A DNA stretch of 61,146 nucleotides, filler included, from Dugesia japonica (taxonomy: Eukaryota): the NCBI GenBank assembly GCA_001938525.1. It is 3 parts of 3 records of this genome, joined end to end, with 100 filler letters (N's around TTAATTAATTAA, not from the genome) between each part and the next. Parts side by side here need not be neighbours in the genome. Positions count along the whole stretch, not along the records: positions 1 to 23,508 come from MQRL01629553.1; 2 more parts are not named here. One strand, 5' to 3'. The notes beneath the pieces are model-generated. The model did not search any database and had not been told where the DNA came from. It saw only the letters and a program-made list of their open reading frames with translations. The first letter of the stretch is position 1. Every line of letters starts with the position of its first letter. The position numbers and the translations under genes were made by a program. Below, piece after piece: positions 11,815 through 23,608 of this stretch.

Positions 11815-13745
11815 CATTTATTAAATGTAAAACGAAGTTAACAATAACTTGTAAACAAAATATTTTGTTTTTCATTCAATTACATATAGTTTAACACCTC
11901 TGAGTTGAGCCACAAGGTGGGCTCGCCATTCGCAAAATTGAAGGTGGCTTCGTCGTCATCACTATTTCATCTAGTCCACGAATCCAGTTCCAATTGGGTT
12001 GACAAATCAGCGATGTATCTGTTTAACAAGTTAATTTTTTTTCCAGAATCTGCTTGGTACGTTCGGCTAAATCCCATGTTTCTTTCACGATGATGTCTAT
12101 CTTTTTGATCATCATATTTTGTTGGGTTAGGTGTTGCAAAAGCGCACACTCGTTTTGACTCTTAATTTGTCACTCGAGTAAAAGCTTTTGAATTAACCGG
12201 TAACAGCGGCAGAGACTATTTTGGAAGTGAATTCTAGGCACTATAAAGAAACAACTAATTAAGAATTAAACAAATATGATTGACGTAAAATTATCATAAG
12301 AAATGTTGTTACATGAACACAAACCAGTTAACTCAAATAAGAGATTTTATTTAGAACAAGACGAAATGAATAGGCACAGTTACGGGCGTGAAGTCTGTGT
12401 AGACTTATAAACCATTAAAGATTCTAAGGCATAAGTCTTCGTAGTTCTAAAATATCGGTGACCAGTTTATTTTCACGGTCATGGAGGGACCGGATAACAT
12501 CTGCGAACGATTCCAGTTGCTTTTTCCAGAGGTGCTCCTGCGAGTGTGAGGCCTCCGCTTCCAACCGGTAATTCTGACATTTATTCCTATAACGCTTGAC
12601 TTTAGCGTTGGCATTGGCCGTGTCGGATTCCCACTTTCGTTTTGCTAGCCAATACAATTACCAGGACATCTCTAAATATCATATATCGTCTCGTCTAAAT
12701 ATCATCTCGATGTCCTCGCTGGTTTCGAGTACTTTCTTAGTTGGCGGGACTGAACGGTTGATTGATGAATGCACTAGAATTTAACTATAATTTAATTTGA
12801 TTAGATAATTTAATAATAAGATAACAACAAAAATCAAGAGTAAACAAGGTCGGCGTATGATTTATGCAGACGACTAACTCAAAGGAAAACCAAATAAAAT
12901 TGTTGGAAGGCTCAATTTAAGATAAACATAATTTTTTAACTGAAAACATTTATTAAAAGAGAATAATTAAATGTAATTAATTTCCGAGGTTGTCAGACAA
13001 TTCAATGTTTTCCGTGTTATCAGCACTCCCAGGGTCTCGAACACTCCACAGCATGTTATAATTTAATCCTCGCAATCCTACAGGAGGAAGTGGTGGGGAT
13101 GTATTTTTGCTCTACTCGCGGCGATGATGTTGCGCACCTAATGTGTCGGTGGTGTACAATAGCTTAAAAAGTAATATGGCTGCGAACCGAACCGGTCCAT
13201 TCATAGAAAGCTTGCCGCTCAGTAGCGTCCCAATGACGTTCCTTATTTGCATCTCTAGCGGATAAGTTAAAATGCTCCTGCAGGACACCAGCATTTCGAT
13301 CGTACGGATTCACGTATCGTCTAAATATCATACGACCCGTGATTCTATCTTGGATTAATTCTCATTTGAATTCCACTAAAAAGAAAATGATAAATCAATT
13401 TATGATAATGTTAACGAAATTATATGCACAAGAATCGAGTTAAACACCATTATATCAGTTATACGGAATCTGGCTAATCAAATAATCAATCATATTAAAG
13501 TTACAACACAATATCATAGTCAAACATATTTTTATTTAGTAACAGAGAAACAAAAGGTGTCAACATCAATATAGAATTTCCAAGGAAGAGGATACAATTC
13601 CTTAAAGCATTGAAGGTCCGTCTCGTCCGGGTGTTCAATCTTCCCGTGAGACAATAAGTGGGTCAATAATTATTTTTATCGTGGTTTCCTACGCCCCTTG
13701 AAAATCTGGCGGATCGTTTTGTGCAATATGCTGATCATGACTCTA
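11815..13745 (-). pseudogene. Cluster of four decayed small ORF cassettes of unknown function
   Basis: Four GC-richer blocks (13742-13532, 13375-12977, 12773-12424, 12240-11880), each preceded by a pyrimidine-rich AG acceptor and followed by a stop and AATAAA. One or two internal stops or a frameshift each. Confidence 0.5.
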
Positions 13746-14619
13746 AAAGTAAATTAATAAAGCTAAGGAGATCATGTGAATCAACAGGGTATGGAACTAT
13801 CCCCTTGTCTATAAAATGATCAAGAGGATTTCCCCTAAAATGCCGTGGCTCGTGGTAAGAAGAAAAAATCATGATCCAAATGTATCATATAGTGGAAAAT
13901 TACACTTATATTACTACTCGTACTGGTATTGTTACCGCCTCAAGTTGTTAATAATGATAGTAATTGACAAGTTTATGAATTAATAATGAGTATATTACTA
14001 ACAATTTTGGTTACGGAACCCGTAATGTTAATCCGCATAATCTCACTTACGTCCCGAGATCTAAATAATTAAAATAGTTGTGATTTTAATAAAGAACACT
14101 CTGAGTCAAATAATGATGGGATTGCTAGTAAAAGTGTTACTATTACTAAAAGTAACAATAATGTCACTACCATAAACCATAAAAATAAAAAATAGCAGGG
14201 AGATTGATGGTAACATTCATTTTCGTGATATTAATAATAGTGATGCTAATGATAACGATAACTATAATATAATATAATACAATATAATAGTTATAATAGT
14301 AATCATATCAATGATACTCATAAAATAAAAATCCCAATAGTGTCAATATTGTTATTATGGATAATAAAGATGACCATAAAGGCAGTAACAATGATAATCA
14401 ATAACTTGCCTGTTAATTGAATTAATTTTATTGACTGGAGTTGAGATAATACTAACTATAGCAATGCTAAACTGCTTAACAATGCTGACTAGCATGTAGT
14501 ATGTTTTACCTTTACTCACGGATTACTAGGTGGAAGTAATATGATCCTAACTCATAAATAAGATTTATTTACTGTGCAGATTTTAACCTGGATAGTGGAA
14601 TCTTAACTGCTACATGAGT

Positions 14620-16838
14620 AATAAATTCTCAACCATCTAATGATACATTGAATGGCAGAAAAAGAAAAATAATTAGTCACTATCACGGCTCGATAAAACG
14701 ACTGATTTAGTGACACACACCGACGTCTGATAAGAGAATTTTGAACCGCATAGTGGAACAGATGTAACATTTCTAGCTGATTTAGCTGAAACAGTGATTT
14801 CCCCCTTGTTTTATAGTTTTTCAACAAAATCAATAAGTCAATAAAATTTTTCCGCTCAACTGCTCGTTGTTAAAAATTTACTCTTTGATTAATTTCAGTT
14901 TCACAGATCTGGTATTCTTCGAATTTTGAAATGTTTTAAGGTTTATTCTCCAAAATTTAATAAACAAAAGTCTTGTTTTGTGTTGACGTAAACTGTTATT
15001 CCACAGATAATAGATTTTTAGGGGTAATTTCGATTAAAATCAGGGAGGTTTTATATCTTTTGGTTTCACACCACGACTCGATTTGCATTGGTGTTCTATT
15101 TTTGTTTTCGTTTTAGCTTCTCCGATTGGCACCATTTCTAATTTTCTATAGGTTTTCATATATTCTATTGGTGCCTATTTTTAGGACACCTGGTGACTTT
15201 TGGTTCTTTATTCTTCGTTTATTTTCTGGCCCCTCACTGGCCTATTCTTCAAAACCTATTCCCGACTCTCTTGAAGATGGTATGGGTTTTACGTTGCAAA
15301 ATTCAATTGCCCCGTGATTTTAGCTTTCTAAATTTTCTTGTTATGATTCTCTGAGATCTTCCGGAGCGAAAATATCTCATAAAAACAGATTTTCACTCAA
15401 TTAGATTTCTTTTTTAGCATAGAAGTAATTAATTATTTAATATATTTCTCGAATCATTGCATCACTTATATTCCCCATATTTAAGAATGCAATTAATGTG
15501 TAATTGCCCCTTTTATTATAATACAATTTTATTAATTTGTTGTTAGTTCTCGATACTAATAATATATTTAATAATATATTTAGTATATTCACATTTTCCA
15601 GAAAAACGAGTTTAGATTATTTAATTTAAAAGTTGTTTAAATTCAAACAAGTCAAATAAATATTTAACCAATTTAAAATAATATGACAACTCCAGATTTC
15701 TATTTATTCTGGATAGATTTTTATAAGGTTTATTTTTAAGACGTTTTTTTTAAAATTGTGATCTAGAATGCAATGTATGATCCGACTACATAATAACTAA
15801 ACCTTTTGGTAAGGTAAGCTTTTATTAGTAGCTTCAAGAAAGTAAACAGTTGAAAAAGGGGTATCCCTAAAATTTGAATTTACCTTATATTTTTATTAAC
15901 CAACTTTGTAAAACTTTTTATAGTTAATAAAAGTTTATTACAAAACAAACGGGTTTTCTTAATTTGCTTTATCTTTATTTATTATATTATTATTTATAAT
16001 AAATAAAACAACGTTTTACCTACACGCCTATTAATTTATCTTTGGAGTCAGATAATTTCTTGATAGGTACCTATACCTACTAGGATCTAACAAAATGTAC
16101 AATTTTATGAGGTTGAGTTTCAATCTTCTCACTTCGATGAAATACAAAGATAGAGATAAGTTACAAGATAAGTTGATAAGTATAAAAAAGAAGAAAGATA
16201 AAATGACAGGAAAAGCGTATTGACAAGTTCTATTATGAAAAGAGTTTAAAGATAGGCTAATCACCAGCTTGGAAACAGTGGCCAAATGTAAGGTATGTTT
16301 GATTAGTAGGCAACCAAACGAGTGTGTATGCTCTCCAATTAGTTTATCTGGAGTTCATTAGGTCATTCAATGAGTTAAATATTAATTCCTTACTCAAAGA
16401 ATATTATAAAACCTAATGATCAAATCAACTTGTTATTTCAATATATTTTAGTTTTAAATATGGTTATATTTTTTATACTTAATTATTTAATTTCTTATTA
16501 CTAAGTTAATATTATTTTAGTATGTTAGTAGTGTTTGAATGAATTGGATTTTAGTTAATGAGTTTAGTTTTATATAATGATGTTTCACAGGAATATGTTC
16601 TTAGTTGATAACTATTATGTGTAATGTCTCAAATGGCATATTAAAATTGTTGATTCTGTTAGTAAATTTGTAAGTGGTATTAAGGCAAAACGAAGAATAG
16701 TTACAACCTTTTAATGATCTAATTAGATGTCAAGTAAGTTAGTCCGTATTAATTAAACATTGAACGTTTACTGAGATCTTGTTATTTGTTTTATTGTTAG
16801 TTTTATATTATTATTTTATATATGGGTTTCTCGTAACA
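14620..16838 (-). mobile_element. Probable 5' part of an LTR retrotransposon (LTR 16287-16838, PBS-like site, decayed ORF)
   Basis: On the minus strand TGTTACG...CCTTACA is followed by ttTGGCCACTG, similar to the TGGCGACCACTG site before the gag at about 21990. A decayed A-rich ORF starts near 15478. Confidence 0.4.
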
Positions 16839-17211
16839 AATAAATTAAGTCTGGTGAAAGGATATAAAGTTTTAAGAAGGCAATAACGTTTGTAATTATC
16901 TAAGAATTGATTTCAGAACAATAATAAACATTTTCAGTAATTAACAGGATTTTATTTAATCTTTATAAAGTTAGGATAATCCGATTTATGAATAATCATC
17001 AAACCTTATAGATAAAAAGGTATATTGAAAAATCATATACTTAGTTTTGAGAGTTCTGGAGGAAATTATGAAATTTGGAAAGAATAACTCGAATTTAAAC
17101 ATCAAACTATCCATTCGATAGTGAATCTTATTTTAAGTAAGAAAAACATAGTTAAAAATCACTTAAACCTATAGATAAAAAGTTATATAGAAAAAACAAA
17201 GTGTAAAATAA

Positions 17212-17285
17212 GTCGACAATCATAGGAATCGAACCACTACTGATGAGTTGTAAAAGAACTGCTATTACCGCTGGACCATAAAGTA
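17212..17285 (-). pseudogene. tRNA-derived sequence (pseudo-tRNA or SINE head)
   Basis: A box TGGTCCAGCGG and B box GGTTCGATTCC at tRNA spacing; 4-bp stem AGTT/AACT around 7-nt loop CTTTTAC. Acceptor and D stems do not pair. Confidence 0.5.
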
Positions 17286-17299
17286 ATTAAACTTTACTT

Positions 17300-18085
17300 A
17301 CTGTTGTTGTATCTTTGCGACTGAGATTATCGACAGCTAATTTTATAGGTTCTATTGCTCTGTGTAGTAGCTTAAGAGCAGAAAAATCAAATCTTCAATC
17401 ATGTTTAATGCTTGAAATTCAAATGATGCCTCACAAATCACTGCTTCCGTTTTTTATCAGTCGCTCAATCATCTTTGAAATTGAATTCCATTTCGTTTTA
17501 ATATCGAGATGCAGTTCTATCTCATGGCTTATTTGCTCTTTTACTTTTCCTAGAAACGCATTATTGCAAACCGTAGTTTTTTTGATAAAGCTAACAAGTT
17601 TAATTGACTAGTCTAAAAGATCGTGATTATAAATTTCTTGCTCTATTGCATCATTACTTAAAATTTCTGTATCCATTCCATCATCAAATGTGTCGATTTC
17701 ATCAATATTGTCAATTTCATTACGATTCATAACCTGTTCATCATCCTCATTCTCTTGAATTTTGCTTGTATATAATGTATCACATACTCCTAAATGCAAA
17801 GCATGATTTAAGTAAAATTTTCCGATTACATCAATATGTTGAATTTATATATTTTTGACAGCAGCACCATATTGCGTTGATTCAACAATATCTTTAGCTA
17901 AATTAATGCCAAATCCACCTAAATAATTTTACATTGCTTTAACCATATCAAGAGCAGAGTAATAATCAAGGATACGCACAAGACCAGTTTTTATTGTTGC
18001 TCTATCATCGCTGCTAGAAATATTAACGCCAAAAAATCGTCTTCCTCTTACAGTTGTACTACATACCATCTAAGCATAATCCATT
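17300..18085 (-). mobile_element. hAT transposase fragment (catalytic region), decayed
   Basis: RGRRFFGVNI..TGLVRI..FGINLAKDIVESTQYGAAV (TTDGA motif), NHALHLGVCDTLY (CxxH motif), LHLDIKTKWNSISKMIERL (TRWNS motif). Confidence 0.8.
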
Positions 18086-18087
18086 TA

Positions 18088-19201
18088 GTTTGAAAGTATT
18101 TCTTCTTGTTGACTGTAAGACGTGAGTTGTTCTTGATATCATCATCTATACCGGTAGTACTATTGAAATCAAAGTTGTAAGAGATTTCGGAATAAGTGGA
18201 TCAATAGTTAGGAAGTTGATGAAAAATAATTTGAAGAAAGGGCACACACTATATCGATAATTGGTTTAGTTTGATCTTCCTCATAAATATGGAACGAACG
18301 TTTGTAGAACCGTGAGAAAGAATCGGATTGATTACCCAGAGCTAAGTACTAGATTAAGAACAAATCAAATTGAACACAAAAATAGTGGACTATTGTTAGC
18401 CATTAAGTGGAAAGACAAAAGAGAAGTCTTTATTTTGTCATTTTTTCATACATCAGCAACCAGTCCATATGGAAAAGTTGTTCCAAACAAAAAACCAATA
18501 ATTAAACCTGTCTATATCAATGATTACACGAAACATATGAATGTAGTTGATAAAGTTGACACGCAGCTGTTTTTCTCTGAATGTATTTGAAAGTCAATAA
18601 AATGGTATAAGAAAGTTTTTTTTCACTTTCTTGATATATCACTTTTCAATTCTTATGTTATTTATTCAAAAAGTAAGTGTAGTTCACTATCTTTTCATGA
18701 TTATAAGCTCGAAGTTGTAAAACAAATCTTTGAAAAGTACAATGCAGTTAGAGATGTTCATGTGTTTTCTAGACCTTTGAATCAGCCAGATCCTAAAAGA
18801 ATTAATGCGAGACATTTTGCTGATAAGTAACCAGTTGAGAGTGGTCGAATTGCTAGACATTGTTGCATTGTATGTTCTGCTAGAGCTATTCAAAAATTAA
18901 CAACTTTGTCCAGAATGTGAAAATGGAATACTTTGTGTTTCACTGAGTGCTTTAAAATTTACCAATAAATCGAAAACTATGAAAGAATGTAACAATCAAC
19001 ACGAACGAACAATTATACATCCACATTGCGAAAAATTAACATTTATATTAGATTTTCAAAAGAATTTTATCTTAAGAATATGTAATTTTCCCAAATTCAG
19101 AATTCTGTGATCCTTATGAAAAAATTTTTTATTCTTCAAAACTTCGTTAAGTAAACTTAATCTATCATTTGAGGCCAAAAATTCAAAAATGCGCTCGCTG
19201 G
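18088..19201 (+). mobile_element. piggyBac transposon 3' half (PGBD4-like), decayed
   Basis: KVFLLVDCKT*VVLDIIIYTG, GHTLY.DNWF, TVRKNR, KWKDKREV, KPVYINDYTKHMNVVDKVD, KWYKKVFFHFLDISLFNSY, Cys-rich tail. Ends ...GCTGG followed by TTAA. Confidence 0.9.
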
Positions 19202-19308
19202 TTAATGAATAAATTTAAATTTCAATTATTTTTTAAAGGAATTTACTGCAATTAATAAATTAAAAACCTCTATTAATATGTTTTTGTTTAAAATTATCAA
19301 AAATTTAA

Positions 19309-22300
19309 TTAAGTTTTCATAGACTCAACACTCATTTGAATAACTGGAATTTTCGGACATGATACCAATCTGTGAATAGTTTTCAGCTTTTCAACTCGCA
19401 TTTTAGCATCATTCATTCTAGAATTGGTTTGTTGAAGAATTTGAAGATCAAGTGCAGAAGTTTCAAGATTTCTTTCTGTTCTCCTATTGAAGGCTTGATT
19501 TTCCAAATATGTTTTTACTGTTTCCATTTCTAATTTCATTTTTTTCCTGAAAAACAACATAAGATCATTAATATTAAAATAAAAATATTTATAAAAGCCA
19601 TTAATTAACAATATTTGTTAATTAGGTTTATTCAGTAAGTTATTATGTAAACCCGAAAGTGTGTGAGGGTTTTGTTTATCAAACTATGAGAGTTAAATAA
19701 ACAATATGCGATTCAATTTTTTGTCGAGTGATATTTGCAATATGAAGCCTTGCATTGTCTTAGAGTTTCACTTTATTTCTATTCATAAGCATAGGTTGTT
19801 TCTGAAGCAATATTTCTTTGGCAAAAAAGACATTACAGAAAATAATACATTATAACAATTAAAAAATCTTTATAAAAAATTTCATTAAATATATATATTT
19901 TATATGTTAGCTTTGATACTGTGATTTATGCGAAATTTTCAAAAACATTCAAATTGTATTTATTTATTACATAAAAGTGTAATAGTAATAATTAATTTTA
20001 AAATATAATAAATACATGTTAATATAATACAATTGTAGCTTAACTAACAGTCATAAAACAAATGTTAACCGAAACACAATTTTGAATTTTATTTTATTAT
20101 GTTCTTTTTAAAAGACTATTTTGTGCTGTGTACGAAATCACAGTCTTGGCCTCAAGAAGAACGATTAATATGTCTTATTAGCTTTACACTCAGAATATTT
20201 TCCTAAAAAACCCAGTTTCATCAATGGTGAACAAATATTATTGATAATAAATTTTAATTTTCAACATATGTAAAAATTATTAACCCGATTTGTAGATAAG
20301 AAATATATCAGCATAGCCAGACACACGATACATAATTCTTAACTTTCTGTTTTCTTCAATTCTCTCCAAATCATCTTAACCTTTTCACAAAAAACTTCTT
20401 CACTTGTTGGATTACCTCTCATTAACATTTCGTTTTGTACTTTTCCATGCGATCCATTTTTAAGATGATAGTTTGGATTAAATTCTTGTGGAAGGTTTAT
20501 TTTTTAAAGAGGCATTTACATGGCTTCTCTTTCAAACCGGCAGAAAACGTTTTCAACGGTTTAAATATCCGCAATCTTTGGATTAATATGAGGGCAATAA
20601 TCAAAAATATTTTTTGACATGAAATTAAACACGTAAATTGGAACGATTTGTTTGTTTATGTTTCTACTTAAATTTGCTGATGTTATATGTCACCCGTATT
20701 GAAATCACTTATGATTTCCACAATATAAAAAAGCTTAGGAGGTCAAAAAATCCATCTTTCAATAATTAATCTTTCGTTTATTGTCGATTGTTCAAATTTA
20801 AATAAAACAAATTATTAAATTTTATTTAATTTTTATTTAAATATTAGAATTACATTTTTTGTTGAAATTTTTTTTTTAAATTCTCGAAAATATGTAAACA
20901 TTCTATAAACATTCATCTAATTTTAAATTTCGATTTTGAATTGTTCTTACTGTCTTGAGTTTACAGACGAAATGGAAACAGTGAAGTCCTTCTTGTTTCA
21001 AAAGTTTACATTATGTCCTACTTCATCTGATTTATCGCAAATTAAATCTATTTCATCTTTTTCATTAGTTTCATCCGCAATACATCTAACATAGTTTCTG
21101 TGGTGATATTTCCCAAGCATTCCATAACTTTTAAAATTATTTCCCAATTTTCCAAAAATTAAACAACAATCCTTTAGAGGACAATTATTACGGATATGTC
21201 CATTGAACTACAACAAAAACATATACCGGGTTTCAAAATCTCTTCTTTTGATGATGGAAAACCTTTGAATTGATTACACAAATTTTTTATACCACTGGCC
21301 TACCCGAAATTTGAATGTAGTTTCAACCGATAATTCTTCCTTTATCCATCGAATTATCGATATTGGGCGGTAATTAGCTGCTACCACTTCAGAATATGAT
21401 AATTCATTTACTGATGACTTTTTATCGTTGTTTTCATAATTTTCATTTAACTTTCGTATATCATCAGCGTCCAAATCTGGTTTCAAGGCAAAGATTTTTT
21501 AATTCTTGAGATTGTACTTCTTTTTTGAATTACTTGCTTCACAATTTCTTCCATTGATAATCGGGATTCGAATATTGGCTTAAGAGCTTTTGTAACTCGT
21601 AATTTGAAATTTTCAAATCTTTCATCAGTGTTTGGACTGATTATACTAAAATCTTCAATCATTCGTAAAAAAGATTTATCTTTGACGAACTTTGATTTAA
21701 ACCAATCTCTTGTTAATTTGTCATCCATTTTGATTCATGATTTGCAAGCCGGCAATAAATCCTTATCGTCACCATCTTATAAAAAATCAAAAGTTATCAT
21801 GAGGTCATAGTTATTAGTGGTTGTGAATGTTTCAATTCCTTTTAACCAGCCAATTGGATCTTCATAATGATTTCCAGAGAATTTTGTTATTCTTGGAAAT
21901 AAAAGTTCTCGCGGTTCTTTTGGTTAAGCTTCATAAATTATTTTTTATTCTTTTGGTTGATTCCTTGTTATTGAATTGGCATGGCAGTGGTCGCCAGTTA
22001 CATCAGTAATAATAGACTTTATGAAATTCAAAAATATATATTATTATTTACACGTTTAATATTTAAACAAAACTTTAAGTTCATAACAATTTCAAAACTG
22101 TATTAAAAGTTAATAAATGTCAACGTTGATTTAAAATATTTTGAGAAAGTAAATTTTCATTGTAAGCATGAGATGAGGTATAAATCTAAATATATATAAT
22201 TTATTAATTGTTTATGAACCCATTTCTGGATTGTCGTGCGATATAAAATTATTTTATTTTATGAATTGCCAGTGACTCCTTTGACGCGAAATTCAAAGTA

Positions 22301-23254
22301 TTTCTATTTAAAGTAGATAAAGAAGATTATTTCTTTAATTTGAAATAGTTTGTTTGACATATTTGAGACCAGTTTATATTGTGTCGTTTTAAAATGTTAA
22401 CAGTTTATCTCGTTAAAAGTTCTAAATTCGCCAAAAATTTATCAATAATTTATGTAATTGTTTGTGTATTATCCAATGAGAAAATTGAGTTGAGTTTTTA
22501 AACAAAAAATAATAAAATAGACATTTGAGAATATCATCAAAGTAAATTAATATGGTTTGAACTGTAGCCCTGAGGTTTAATACAGTTGTTAATATTGAAA
22601 GCATGTGCGATAGCATAATAGTTGAAGAATAATAATTAATTTTCAAGCCTGTAGCTTGATGGGCTGCCGGGTCTCAGCCTCTTAGATTTGGAAATAAAGG
22701 CAACAAATTAATTAAAAATTATGCAAATTCAGACGGAAATTGAAGAATTAATTTAATATTATAAAGTTTAGTAATGATAAGAATAAATTATTAGTGATAT
22801 TTCGTGAAACCCTTTTTCAAAGGTTCCTGGCTACAGTTCTGATATATACACACAGAATCATTATTTGAGATTGTCTGAATACGACAAATTCACAGTTGAA
22901 ACATGTTGCAAACTTATTTTGTAAAATAACTATTAAATTTTAAATGTAATTAAAGAGAAACTAATTGTTTTATTATTCATACTAATATTTATTCACTGAT
23001 AATTAAAGCTCATTCAAATAATAATTTATGATAAATATTTGAAATAATTATATAATAAAATACCGAGTTTCTTCAACAGCAACTTTACTTGATTCCGCTT
23101 GTTCTTGTTTGTAAGTCATTTGTTCAAATTTATCGACAGCTTTAGAAGCAGCCGTTTGTTTCGATCTAAAATCTTTCGAAAATCCCATTTCACGCATTAA
23201 TTTTGATCGTTTTTCGGCGGCTTCAAGTTTTTTCATTTTTACTTCTTCGGAAAT
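19309..23254 (-). CDS. Last two exons (23254-23064, 19546-19309) of a coiled-coil protein, possibly LRRIQ3-like C terminus
   Basis: GT-AG junction is in frame (act cg|g aaa): ISEEVKMKK..EMGFSKDF..VEETR|KKMKLEMETVKTYLEN..SALDLQILQQTNSRMNDAKMRVEKLK..*. The LRRIQ3 resemblance is from memory and unverified. Upstream exons were not found before the linker at 23509. Confidence 0.72.
20140..20620 (-). mobile_element. pogo/Tigger-like transposase remnant (intronic)
   Basis: RGNPTSEEVFCEKVKMIWREL (CENP-B HTH-like) and LFTIDETGFFRK (IFNxDETGLFW motif). Confidence 0.5.
21020..22000 (-). mobile_element. Ty3/gypsy gag remnant (intronic)
   Basis: PBS-like TGGCGACCACTG near 21996; gag-like DERFENFKLRV; frameshifted zinc knuckle ICFCC..GHIRNNCP followed by a degenerate second knuckle at about 21130-21230. 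Confidence 0.65.
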
Positions 23255-23508
23255 CTTGAAATTAATTGATTAAATTTCATAATAAAATTACATATTTGTA
23301 ATTTATCATTTTTATTTTTAATCAACCAAAATATTTTCGAAAATTCATCTTAAAAAATTTATTTTTCTTAATTTTCACTGACTTTCGTGAAAGAATTTTT
23401 TTAAATTTTAATTCACCGCATTTCTATTAGTTTATTATCAAATAAATTAATTATTAATTTTTCCTGTCGATTTTAATTGAACTATCAAATTTCTTTTCAT
23501 TATATATA

Positions 23509-23608
23509 NNNNNNNNNNNNNNNNNNNNNNNNNNNNNNNNNNNNNNNNNNNNTTAATTAATTAANNNNNNNNNNNNNNNNNNNNNNNNNNNNNNNNNNNN
23601 NNNNNNNN
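23509..23608. other. Artificial assembly linker N44-TTAATTAATTAA-N44
   Basis: Exactly 100 nt, stop codons in all six frames, identical to 37629-37728. Confidence 0.92.

Noticed and set aside
22644-22841. hAT-like MITE (CAAGCCTGTAGC/GCTACAGTTCTG)
   Set aside because: Imperfect ends and no target-site duplication.
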